From positions 1 to 41,891 of IMG/VR virus record IMGVR_UViG_3300035547_000097: DNA of 41,891 nucleotides; one strand, 5' to 3'. Below, piece after piece: positions 8,612-17,726 of the stretch. Origin of the DNA: a virus (taxonomy: Duplodnaviria; Caudoviricetes). The notes beneath the pieces were generated by a model. The model was not told the DNA's origin. It ran no database searches and worked only from the letters and a program-made list of their open reading frames with translations. Every line of letters starts with the position of its first letter. The first letter of the stretch is position 1. The translations under genes and the position numbers were made by a program.

Positions 8612-10381
8612 ATGCCTACTACTAAGATAGATGGTTCCCGGATTACTAAGTTAAAACGGGAACGTGATGGGTATATACGGGCGAAGGCGAACTTCAACAC
8701 CCAGTATGCGGCGCTGAGTCAGTATTATTACCAGAGAGAACAAGGGAACAATAGTTATACACCTCAGGTTATTGAAGGTGAGTTTAAAAATGACGGGGCT
8801 GTAAACGATAGTATTGGGATGAAGAGTGCTAAGGCGATGGCCTCTGCGATTATGGGTATGGTTTGGAAAAGCGAGGCAGGAACTTTTCGTTTAGTTAAGT
8901 CAAAAGCGGTACCTGATACGGTCCAGACAATAGATTATTTTAAACGAATTAACGAGGATATAGCAATGTTTTTTGAACGCCCGAAATCTCGTTTTGTACC
9001 CTCATTATTTAAGACGATCTTAGAGAGTGTTATTTATGGCACAAGCGGGCTAACTGTCCAAAACGGGGGTTATCAGTCACCACTCAAGTTTAGTAGTAAA
9101 ACAGTTTTGTCTTTTTATATCGGGTATGATAAAGACGGTGAGATAAATGCGTTGTTTATCGACTATAATATGTCTGCCGAAGAGTTGTATGATGGATACG
9201 GCGCGAAGGCGGGTGAGGCGGTAACAAGCGCGATAAATCAAAATGATTACTCCCGGAAGTTTATTGTAACCGAGGCGATTAAACCGCGCAAAAAACGTAC
9301 CGCCCAGAGAGGGAAACTGGCGATGCCTTTTTCTTCTGAGTTATTTATGCCTATTGAAGGTGTGTGGTTAGAAGAGGGCGGTTACGAGACCTTGCCTCTC
9401 AAGGTTTTGTTTTATGATAAACTTGAATATGAGTCATATGGAAGGGGGCCGGGAATGGAAGCGTTGCCTACTGTGGTTCAAATTCAGGTATGTAATGAGG
9501 TATTATCTATCGGCGGCGAGTTGACGGCACAACCTGCTATGGGTATGTATGATAACGGAACGTTGGCGGGGTTGGCGGTTGACTTATCAGCGGGCGCGTT
9601 AAATGTTTTTAATGTGGCGGGTGCTTTGCCTACCGAACATCCTATGTTTCCTTTGTTTACTGTGGGTGATTTATCGGTAATGTATCAGTGGTTTATAGAG
9701 TTAAAACAAGAAGTTAAGGAATATTTTTTACTCGATAAACTTTATGACTTAAATCAACAAAACCAAAGAATGACATTAGGCGAGGTAATGATTAGAGATG
9801 GTATTCGTTCAGACTCATTAACGCCTATTTTCTCTCAGATATTAGCTTTTCTTGATGAGGTATTACAACGCGCTGTTGACATTTTATACAGTATGGGTTT
9901 ATTGGGTGTTGTTGACCCTGAAAACGAAAACGATCCTTTAGTGAAAAAATTAAGAACAAACGGTTTTACGCCGTTTCAGATACCAAAAGATGTGTTAGAA
10001 GTACAGATTAGTGGGCTTGATTGGTATGAAATTGAGTTTATTAACCCGGCGTCAAGAATTATGAATAATGAAGAGTTACAATCAACACTGAAATTTGTAG
10101 AGACAATTGGCGTATTGGGTGGGGTTGATGAAGAGTTTACTGACGTTATTGACCCAGACCGGACAGCCGAGAAATTAAAAGAGTTAACCACAACAGATAC
10201 TGTCGTGACCCGGCCGATTGAGGAAAGGAATAAACGGAGAGAAGCGAGAGCGCAGATGCGGATGGAGATGGCACAATTAGAGGCACAGGTAAAACAAGCG
10301 CAGGCAAATCAAATGAACTCACAGGCGTCGGCGTCTAAAGCCGGGGCTGTGACACAATTAACGGGAAGAGAAAGGGGGTAA
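8612..10381 (+). CDS. portal (head-to-tail connector) protein
   Basis: 589 aa, YGRGPGMEALP motif, MTLGEV, Gln/Ala-rich C-terminal helix; follows terL. Confidence 0.88.
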   Translation: MPTTKIDGSRITKLKRERDGYIRAKANFNTQYAALSQYYYQREQGNNSYTPQVIEGEFKNDGAVNDSIGMKSAKAMASAIMGMVWKSEAGTFRLVKSKAVPDTVQTIDYFKRINEDIAMFFERPKSRFVPSLFKTILESVIYGTSGLTVQNGGYQSPLKFSSKTVLSFYIGYDKDGEINALFIDYNMSAEELYDGYGAKAGEAVTSAINQNDYSRKFIVTEAIKPRKKRTAQRGKLAMPFSSELFMPIEGVWLEEGGYETLPLKVLFYDKLEYESYGRGPGMEALPTVVQIQVCNEVLSIGGELTAQPAMGMYDNGTLAGLAVDLSAGALNVFNVAGALPTEHPMFPLFTVGDLSVMYQWFIELKQEVKEYFLLDKLYDLNQQNQRMTLGEVMIRDGIRSDSLTPIFSQILAFLDEVLQRAVDILYSMGLLGVVDPENENDPLVKKLRTNGFTPFQIPKDVLEVQISGLDWYEIEFINPASRIMNNEELQSTLKFVETIGVLGGVDEEFTDVIDPDRTAEKLKELTTTDTVVTRPIEERNKRREARAQMRMEMAQLEAQVKQAQANQMNSQASASKAGAVTQLTGRERG

Positions 10382-10384
10382 CAT

Positions 10385-10726
10385 ATGGCAGAACAGAGAA
10401 AGACGTTTAGCCGGGAGTCAATCCTTGCTAAACAACAGGCACAGAAAGAGGCGTATGAGAAAAAACAAACAGAGTTAAGGCAGATGCTTCGCTCTATCGC
10501 CCAGACCGACAACGGTAAAAAGTTTTTACGCTATCTGTTTTTACTTTGCGGCGGAGACAGTTCGGTGTTGAAACGGAAACGAGGTAATCTACAACAGGGG
10601 CAGATGTCAGTTGACACAGACGAAACATTACTTACTATTGGTACACGCCTTGTTTGGGATAGTATTAGGTTTAATTTAGACTCGGATATATTAAAAATAA
10701 TTGAACGCCACCAATGGGAGGCGTAA
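10385..10726 (+). CDS. Bbp19-like small head-module protein
   Basis: T.NGKKFL.YL...CG motif; lies between portal and scaffold. Confidence 0.55.
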   Translation: MAEQRKTFSRESILAKQQAQKEAYEKKQTELRQMLRSIAQTDNGKKFLRYLFLLCGGDSSVLKRKRGNLQQGQMSVDTDETLLTIGTRLVWDSIRFNLDSDILKIIERHQWEA

Positions 10727-10745
10727 CCATAAGGAGGAACAGAAT

Positions 10746-11723
10746 ATGTTAGATTTTTTGAGATACCTTTGCCCGGTATTTGGCCTATTAGTAAATGGAA
10801 TAATGTTTGCTGACGGTGATGGCGGCGGCGACGGTGGTAGCGGTGATGGAGGTAGTGGTGATGGTGGCAGTGGTGATGGTGGCAGTGGTGATGGCGGGGG
10901 TACAAAAACCGCTACAAAACGTATAGGTGATGTAGATTTTAAGGTGCCGGATGAATATAAAGAAGAAAAATGGGCTAAAGATTTGAAGTCCCCCGACGAT
11001 CTGTGGAAAAAGTTTGCACACTCCCAGAAATTAATTGGCAGAAAAGGGGTTATTAGGCCTGATGAGAACGCCCCGCAAGAAGAGTGGGATGCGTTTTATA
11101 ATGCTCAAGGAAGGCCGGAGAACCCGGAAGGTTATGAGTTTAAAAATATAGAGGAATTACAAGATGTTAAAAGGGATGAGACTTTTGATAATGCCATTAA
11201 AAATATAATCCATAAACACGGCGTGCCAAAGGCGACAGCTGAGAGTGTAATACATGAGGTTCAGAAACTTACCTATGAATACCAAAAACCTCTAATCGAG
11301 AAACAGACTAAGATGGAACAAGACTTTCAGAAACTGACTCATGAGGTATTGGGTGAGGATAAAGAACAGGCAATTCAGCAGTTTAAAGAGGTAATGCGTG
11401 ACTCTCTTGGTGATAATGTGGCAGTTGCCCAGAAACTTGAGACTATGGATAATGACGCCCTTTTAACCGCTGTTGTGTTTGCGAAAAACATTCACGATAA
11501 ATACGTGGGTGAGAATAAGATTAAAAATACAACCGGCGGCGGCAATATGACGGGTGATTTGAGGTCAGATTTTCGCACCCTATCGGAACAAAAGTTAAGG
11601 GTGAAACTAGATAAAAATTTACCCGAACATGTTAAGAAACAAAAGATTGCTCACTTTAATTCTCAGATACAAAAAATCGGCGCAAAAGCGTCTGAACAGG
11701 GAATAAATTTGTTTGGAAGTTGA
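10746..11723 (+). CDS. capsid assembly scaffolding protein
   Basis: AAGGAGG RBS before ATG 10746; Gly/Asp linker, then KLIG..., EEWDAFY...GRPENPEGY; helical; directly upstream of the capsid gene. Confidence 0.8.
   Translation: MLDFLRYLCPVFGLLVNGIMFADGDGGGDGGSGDGGSGDGGSGDGGSGDGGGTKTATKRIGDVDFKVPDEYKEEKWAKDLKSPDDLWKKFAHSQKLIGRKGVIRPDENAPQEEWDAFYNAQGRPENPEGYEFKNIEELQDVKRDETFDNAIKNIIHKHGVPKATAESVIHEVQKLTYEYQKPLIEKQTKMEQDFQKLTHEVLGEDKEQAIQQFKEVMRDSLGDNVAVAQKLETMDNDALLTAVVFAKNIHDKYVGENKIKNTTGGGNMTGDLRSDFRTLSEQKLRVKLDKNLPEHVKKQKIAHFNSQIQKIGAKASEQGINLFGS
10812..10900 (+). repeat. 15-bp coding minisatellite encoding (GDGGS)n
   Basis: Repeated GGTGATGGTGGCAGT-like units. Confidence 0.8.
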
Positions 11724-11748
11724 CACGGCTTGTTAAATATGGTATAAT
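11720..11748 (+). promoter_or_regulatory. consensus sigma70 promoter for the capsid operon
   Basis: TTGACA-17 nt-TATAAT with extended -10 TG. Confidence 0.8.
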
Positions 11749-11761
11749 ACTAGAGATAGCT

Positions 11762-11839
11762 ACGTCCGTATGTTAATCATACATGAACGGGTATCGTTGA
11801 AAGACGTCCGGCCTTGTAGAGTAGCAAGACGGGTATCGT
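11762..11839 (+). ncRNA. candidate tandem structured RNA motif in the capsid 5' leader
   Basis: Two 36-nt units, ACGTCCG-(variable hairpin)-ACGGGTATCGT, at 11762-11797 and 11804-11839. Confidence 0.5.
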
Positions 11840-11891
11840 AGAGTGGAGAGCAACTTGCTTTATGAATAACCGTTAAACAAGGAGGATTAAA

Positions 11892-12845
11892 ATGCCTAGA
11901 AATGATTATGCGGGTGTAGAGACAGTCCTAAAAGATGACTATTTAGGAAATCTCCTAAAAATTCCCCAGCAAAGAGAAACTCGTTTATTTAATGGTTTCG
12001 GTGATGTTACCGTTGAAGGAAAACAAATGTATATTGATGGGATTGCTCCTGTTGATTATAGAATTGATAATTCCTATAACGCCGCTTCACAAGGAACCGC
12101 AGCTAACCTTTTCCGTAGAAAATTAACAACCGATAGAATGATTATTGAGGTAGACTATGATGAACACTGGTTCAGAAAGACTACTTCTCAAAATCCTTCT
12201 ACCCTTATCACTCAAGAAATGATGAACGCATCTTACAGATTTTTAGATAAGGTTGGTATTGACGCAGCTTTTGCTACTGTTTATTATGGCGAAAAAGGTG
12301 ATTCAGCTTTAACTTTTGCACAGGACAACGGTATTACTATCGATGCAACAGGCGGGATTACAATCGATTTACTTCGTAAGATTATGCATAGATTTACAGG
12401 AACTGAGGTTATCACCCCTTCCGGCTTATCTGACGTAAAGTTTGTTATTACTGAAGATGAGCAGTTTGATTTAGGTGGAATAACTCAGCTTACTTCTTGG
12501 CAGTTTCAAGCTGTTTACCCTCAAAGCGCAATGGGTATGCTTAATGAGTCTGGTTTCGGCCGTCAGTTAGGTATGGTTAATGTTACTTTTGGGGCACAGT
12601 CTGAGACAGGGAAAATGCTTACTGAGGAAGAAGACGGTACAAGAAATTGTATATCGCTTGCTAATGATGCCCTTATTTACGGCGTTGCTTCTGATGGTAT
12701 CAACTTTGAGGTTATCCCTCTAAAAGAGTCTAAGATTTCGACTGTTCGTTTGAGACTCACTATGACAGCCGGTTGTGTAAGAACTAATGGTATGAAAGTT
12801 ATTAAGTTTGAGACAACTCCTAAAGATACGTCAACTTTTTATTAA
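11892..12845 (+). CDS. major capsid protein
   Basis: 317 aa, follows the scaffold, has its own promoter and AAGGAGG RBS; QQRETRL near the N-terminus and GCVRT..KV at the C-terminus. Confidence 0.82.
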   Translation: MPRNDYAGVETVLKDDYLGNLLKIPQQRETRLFNGFGDVTVEGKQMYIDGIAPVDYRIDNSYNAASQGTAANLFRRKLTTDRMIIEVDYDEHWFRKTTSQNPSTLITQEMMNASYRFLDKVGIDAAFATVYYGEKGDSALTFAQDNGITIDATGGITIDLLRKIMHRFTGTEVITPSGLSDVKFVITEDEQFDLGGITQLTSWQFQAVYPQSAMGMLNESGFGRQLGMVNVTFGAQSETGKMLTEEEDGTRNCISLANDALIYGVASDGINFEVIPLKESKISTVRLRLTMTAGCVRTNGMKVIKFETTPKDTSTFY

Positions 12846-12870
12846 TGAGAACTTTTTAAACTAAAGGAGG

Positions 12871-13464
12871 ATGATTATGGGAAAAAATGAATACGACCTT
12901 ACGTTTAAGAAGTTTTCGGAGTTAGCGGACGGTGGTGACGCCGCTACTGAGTCGGATAAGATGATTATCTCTGATGTATCTGATGACGGAAAGGTTGTCA
13001 AACGAACCCTTGCTGATGTAGTTAGCCTAGCATCCACTGCTGATACCACATTAGGCGTGGTAGCGGTCGATGACGCGGCAGCTTACACAGTTCTGGCGGC
13101 AAACTCCGGTAAACTTCACATAATTCCTGATTTAACTGCTGATTGTGTTATCTCGTTACCGACACCGGCAGCGGGATTATTTTACACATTCATCTATGGT
13201 GGAGTAGCTGCGGATGCTCAGGATGTGACTTTTGACACAGGTTCAGATACTAATTTCTTTTTGGGTGGGGTTACCGGTTTGAAGGCTAGTACAAATGACA
13301 TTCTTGTTGTCTACCCTAATGGTACCAGTAACTCAAAAATGAAAATAGATACTCTTAACGCCGGGTCAAAGATTGAGTTGTATTGTGATGGAACAAATTG
13401 GATAGTAAATGCTTTAGTGGTGTCTGAAACAGCGACTCATACTGTATTTTCTAACCAAGCATAG
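12871..13464 (+). CDS. putative capsid decoration or minor structural protein
   Basis: Beta-rich, with ISLPTPAAGL and LYCDGTNW; directly after the capsid gene. Confidence 0.55.
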   Translation: MIMGKNEYDLTFKKFSELADGGDAATESDKMIISDVSDDGKVVKRTLADVVSLASTADTTLGVVAVDDAAAYTVLAANSGKLHIIPDLTADCVISLPTPAAGLFYTFIYGGVAADAQDVTFDTGSDTNFFLGGVTGLKASTNDILVVYPNGTSNSKMKIDTLNAGSKIELYCDGTNWIVNALVVSETATHTVFSNQA

Positions 13465-13489
13465 AAATTAAAAACAAGGAGGGATAATA

Positions 13490-13981
13490 ATGGATGAAAG
13501 ATTGTATAAAAGTAGTGACGGGACTCCGGTTCACGCAATAAAAGCTGCCGGAACTGACACACTTCAAATTGTAGCAAAAATTACTCTCGATCAGGACACC
13601 GCTGTGAATTACAAAGTCGCAGTTTGTGAAGTACCTTCTAACTTTGTGATAGTCGGAGGGTCTTTGGAGATGGACGGTGCGGCAACAGGGAATGTTGATT
13701 TAGGACTGTTTGAGACTGAGGAACACGGAGATACTGAAATAGATGGTGATATGTTTATTGATAATCAAGACGTAACAACTGCGGGTTCAACAAGTGTGCT
13801 TAGCAATGTAGCTTTAGCCGACCAGGATAAGACTATTTATGAACTTGCTAATAAGGTTGCAACTTTTGATTATGGATCAGCTTCTCGTCAGGCTTTTGTT
13901 CTTGGTTTGACCGTTAAGACTATGATTCAAGCAGCTGACTCAGTATCAATTTTACGTGTTAACCTCGCAAGAAAAAGTTAA
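13490..13981 (+). CDS. putative cement/decoration protein
   Basis: Acidic, beta-rich, 163 aa, in the capsid operon; positional call. Confidence 0.5.
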   Translation: MDERLYKSSDGTPVHAIKAAGTDTLQIVAKITLDQDTAVNYKVAVCEVPSNFVIVGGSLEMDGAATGNVDLGLFETEEHGDTEIDGDMFIDNQDVTTAGSTSVLSNVALADQDKTIYELANKVATFDYGSASRQAFVLGLTVKTMIQAADSVSILRVNLARKS

Positions 13982-13982
13982 C

Positions 13983-14050
13983 AAGGGTGAGGGCATATTC
14001 TGTCATGTGTTGCAGGGTGAAGACACTATCTTTGCCCTGCCTCCCCTTTA
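13983..14050 (+). terminator. stem-loop after the capsid operon (terminator or processing site)
   Basis: GCAGGGTGAAGA-cacta-TCTTTGCCCTGC, a 12-bp stem with G-U pairs (14012-14040); the U-tract is weak. Confidence 0.5.
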
Positions 14051-14064
14051 ATCCGGAGGTATAA

Positions 14065-14700
14065 ATGGCTGTTCCAAACGCTCCAACCGAAATAGTAAAC
14101 CTCGCTTTAGATATTATCAAGACCGAAAATATCAATGATATTGTTATCCCTGCCGGAGATAAGGTTTCTGCTACCTGTACTAGGTGGTACGAAGGGGTGA
14201 GACAAGAGGTTTTAGAGGGTTTTCCCTGGGTGTTTGCCTCAAAACGGAAAGCTATCCCGTTAAGAGCGACAGACCCTGATTTTGGGTGGGATGACGCTTA
14301 TGCGCTGCCAAACGATTATCTTTCTTTAAATTTTATTAAAGAACAACATATCCCCTTATCTCAATGGAATTACACTATTGAAGAAAATTGTATTTTTATC
14401 GATAATGACGGTGCGGATACACTAAATATAGGCTATGTTTTTGACCAACGAGACGTAACTAAATTTAGCCCTTCTTTTAAATTTTATTTAGCCGCCGCTT
14501 TAGCAGAAAAAGTAGTTTATAAGTTGACAGGAAATGCCGGGCTACAAAATAGGATAGTTCAGGCTAAGCAGAGAGAACAGGTAAATGCTAAAGCTAAGAA
14601 TGGAAAAGCTAACCCGCCTATCGCCTTCCGGCAAAGCCGTATGTTAAACGCCCGTAGAGTTTATGGGGGCTCATCAAGGTTTGGGGGAACACGTGGCTGA
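14065..14700 (+). CDS. tail tubular protein A (adaptor, T7 gp11-like)
   Basis: EIVNLAL, PWVFA.KR, YALPNDYL and F...LAAALA motifs. Confidence 0.82.
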   Translation: MAVPNAPTEIVNLALDIIKTENINDIVIPAGDKVSATCTRWYEGVRQEVLEGFPWVFASKRKAIPLRATDPDFGWDDAYALPNDYLSLNFIKEQHIPLSQWNYTIEENCIFIDNDGADTLNIGYVFDQRDVTKFSPSFKFYLAAALAEKVVYKLTGNAGLQNRIVQAKQREQVNAKAKNGKANPPIAFRQSRMLNARRVYGGSSRFGGTRG

Positions 14701-17260
14701 AGTTAATGTACCGGTATATGATTTCAGGCATGGCGTTCTTACACCTAAATTAAAAGACCGCCCTAATTTAGACCTATATAAGAGTGGCGTGCTTTTAGGG
14801 CATAATTGGCATACTCAATTTCATGGCCCCACCAATTTCCGTCCGGGGTTTATGTATAACCGCCCGACACGCCGTAATAACAAAGCATGGCTCATAACCT
14901 TTGCTTTTGACGACAACGAGGCGTATTGTCTTGAATTTACCGAAGGTTATATGCGTATTCATTCTAATACCGGCACAATTACCGAGTCTCAAAAAGTAAT
15001 AACCGGCGTGACACAAGCCAGTCCGGGTGTGGTAACAATTACAGGACATGGCTATGATACGGGGGATGAGGTCTATATTGACGGTGTAGGGGGCATGACC
15101 GACTTAAATGGCCGGTTTTTTCTTATAACAAGAATAGATGCCAATACTTTTTCTTTACAAGACCAGGACGGTAATGATTTTGATACGACAAGTTTTGACG
15201 TCTATACAGGCGGTGGGACAAGCGCAAAGATATATGAGATTGCGTCCCCATATAAAGAAGACTCTATGCATTTAATTAAATATGCTCAGAAAGCGGATAT
15301 AATGTATATAGACCACCCACTGCACCTACCCCGTAAGTTAATGCGTTCAGGGATAACAGATTGGGAGTTTAAGGCATATACACGTACCAATGATCCTTTT
15401 GACCAAAAGACAATAACCGGTATAACACAAGCCAACCCCGGTGTTGTTACAACAGGGGCAAGTCATAATTTAGATACCGGCGATACGGTTATAATGGAAG
15501 AGGTTGGAGGTATGACAGAGGTTAATGCGGTAGAATACCACGTTACAAAACTATCAGATACTACTTTCTCTATCCAAGACTTAGACGGTAATGATATTGA
15601 TACATCCGGTTTTGGCGCTTATACGAGTGGTGGCTATGGGATGAAAGGTGGAGATGCCCCAGCTACCTGTGGGTTTTATGGCGGGCGATTGTTTCATGGC
15701 GGAAGTGATAATGACCCCGACATTTTAAATGGTTCAAGAAGTTCCGATACCAGTACAGGGCAATCGAGATATGATGATTTTACTTTAGGTTCCGACGCTG
15801 ACCACGCCGTTATTCATGGGCTAACCTCTGCCACTGAAACTTCAATTGCGCGTATCCGTTTTTTTATAGGTACACGCCAGTTCTTAGGTGTAGGTACTTA
15901 TTCAGGTATGTTGAAAGTAAACGGTGGTTCAGACACAACACCCATATCAGGGACGGATATCGCATCTTTTCCGGTTGACTATCATGGTGTTGCGAATATG
16001 ATGCCTGTCGCATTTGGTAATGATATATTATATGTACAAAGAGGGCGTCGGGTTGTTTCCGCTTTTAAATATACAATCATGAGTGACGGGTTTGAGTCGA
16101 CAGATGAGACTATCCAGTCTGATGAGATAACCAGACCTGGTATAGTGCAGATGGCGTTTGTAAGAGGAACTCCCGATAGGATTTGGGCTTGTATGGAAGA
16201 TGGTACTTTATGTTCGTTAGTTTATAATAGAAGTGAAGAAATATCTGCATGGAACTCTCACAGTGTAGGCGGCGACGGTAAGGTTATATCCTTAGCATCC
16301 GAGCCTCAAGACGATAGAGAGTTTAGGCTATGGATATGTGTAGAGAGGGTGGTAAACGGGGTTACTCGTAGGTATATAGAGTATTCGGTAAAAAATCCGC
16401 ATATACCTGAGAGAGATGAATATTACTCGGGCGATGAAGAATTAGATAAACAGCGGTTTTATAATTTACTATTTGAAGCACAAAAAAGACAGGTATTTTT
16501 GGATAGCGCTCTTGTTTTAGATACTACTCAGAATACCAGTTTGATATTGTCTGCTAAAGAAGGGGAAGGTATTGACGTTACAGTAGGTGATAATTTATTT
16601 ACAGAAGATGATGTCGGCAAGAATATACAGGTAAAACATATTGAAGGTACAGAAGAAGGGGTTGCTATTATTGTTGAATATACAAGTGCAACCGAGGTTA
16701 AATGTAATGTATTAAAACCTTTTTCCGAGTTAACTTATGCAACAGGAGAGTGGTATTTGACACAACAGACGGTTAGTGGGCTTGACCATTTAGAGGGGGA
16801 GGCTGTGGTTGCTCTCATTGACGGCGGTTTAGAGAGCGATGACCTAACGTATAAAACAGTCGAAAATGGTTCGATAGAACTTGACGATAAGGTTACATAC
16901 GCTATTATTGGGTTACCTTATGTGGGCAGGTTAAAGTCAATGCCTTTAGAGTTATTGTTAAATACCGGTATCACACCCGGAAAGGTAAAAACCATAAGTC
17001 AGGTAAACTTAATGTTTAGAAACTCGTTAGGTGTATCTTATGGTTATGACCCCTATAACTTACAAAGAATAGGGTTTAGGGTTGGCGGTCAGTTTACTGA
17101 TAGGCCGACACGGCTATATTCAGGGGTGAAAAATTTACCTGGGTTTGATATTTGGGGCGAACAAAGACACCTTTGGTTAATACAAAATAGGCCTTATCCG
17201 TGTACCTTAAATGCGATGGTAGTTGATACGGAATTAGATCTTACCGAAGACGGAGGATAA
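14693..17260 (+). CDS. tail tubular protein B (nozzle, T7 gp12-like) with two inserted FCCH-like repeats
   Basis: RPGF, YCLEF...YMR, AQKAD, FYGGRL, YVQRG, GLDHLEG and GLPY motifs; GTG start inferred. Confidence 0.85.
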   Translation: MAEVNVPVYDFRHGVLTPKLKDRPNLDLYKSGVLLGHNWHTQFHGPTNFRPGFMYNRPTRRNNKAWLITFAFDDNEAYCLEFTEGYMRIHSNTGTITESQKVITGVTQASPGVVTITGHGYDTGDEVYIDGVGGMTDLNGRFFLITRIDANTFSLQDQDGNDFDTTSFDVYTGGGTSAKIYEIASPYKEDSMHLIKYAQKADIMYIDHPLHLPRKLMRSGITDWEFKAYTRTNDPFDQKTITGITQANPGVVTTGASHNLDTGDTVIMEEVGGMTEVNAVEYHVTKLSDTTFSIQDLDGNDIDTSGFGAYTSGGYGMKGGDAPATCGFYGGRLFHGGSDNDPDILNGSRSSDTSTGQSRYDDFTLGSDADHAVIHGLTSATETSIARIRFFIGTRQFLGVGTYSGMLKVNGGSDTTPISGTDIASFPVDYHGVANMMPVAFGNDILYVQRGRRVVSAFKYTIMSDGFESTDETIQSDEITRPGIVQMAFVRGTPDRIWACMEDGTLCSLVYNRSEEISAWNSHSVGGDGKVISLASEPQDDREFRLWICVERVVNGVTRRYIEYSVKNPHIPERDEYYSGDEELDKQRFYNLLFEAQKRQVFLDSALVLDTTQNTSLILSAKEGEGIDVTVGDNLFTEDDVGKNIQVKHIEGTEEGVAIIVEYTSATEVKCNVLKPFSELTYATGEWYLTQQTVSGLDHLEGEAVVALIDGGLESDDLTYKTVENGSIELDDKVTYAIIGLPYVGRLKSMPLELLLNTGITPGKVKTISQVNLMFRNSLGVSYGYDPYNLQRIGFRVGGQFTDRPTRLYSGVKNLPGFDIWGEQRHLWLIQNRPYPCTLNAMVVDTELDLTEDGG

Positions 17261-17265
17261 ATATA

Positions 17266-17724
17266 GTGGCGGAGAAAAGTACACCTTTTAAAGATTTTTT
17301 TAGTGTTGGGTTTAAGAAACCGACTTTTGGTTCGTCTTTGCAAGCTGCCGGAAGTTTATATAGTGGTATATCTTCATATCAGGTTATGAAAAATCAGGCG
17401 GCTCAGACTGAGGCACAAGGTGCTGTGCAGTTTGCCGAGTCGATGAGAACCGCTAATATTATAAGAGAAGAAGGACAAAAATTTGCGGCTAAACAGTCAC
17501 TTCAATATATTGGGTCGGGTGTTCAATTAACAGGCTCGGCGCTTATAACATTAACTCAAACCAAAAAATACGCCTCAACTGAGGCAAGAGCAGAGGAGAG
17601 AAAAGGGAGAAACTTGAGGTCGTTAGCTAATGCTCAAGCTGCCAATCAAAGGGCAGAGGGTAGAGCTGCGTTGGTTAGTGGTATTGTTGGTGCGGTTGGC
17701 TCTTTTGTTGGGGATGGTGGTTAA
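17266..17724 (+). CDS. putative small internal virion (ejection) protein
   Basis: Ala/Gly/Gln-rich with SGVQLTGS; follows the nozzle gene. Confidence 0.65.
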   Translation: MAEKSTPFKDFFSVGFKKPTFGSSLQAAGSLYSGISSYQVMKNQAAQTEAQGAVQFAESMRTANIIREEGQKFAAKQSLQYIGSGVQLTGSALITLTQTKKYASTEARAEERKGRNLRSLANAQAANQRAEGRAALVSGIVGAVGSFVGDGG

Positions 17725-17726
17725 TT

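Noticed and set aside
10746-10815. Prp-protease cleavage motif at the scaffold N-terminus (GIMF-ADG)
   Set aside because: Only the F-A-D core matches the LQxFA consensus, which is insufficient.
10531-11021. His-rich and Thr-rich minus-strand ORFs
   Set aside because: These are antisense translations of the (GDGGS)n repeat in the scaffold gene.
12830-12870. T7-like programmed frameshift extending the capsid protein
   Set aside because: A T-run precedes the stop, but the shifted frames terminate within a few codons.
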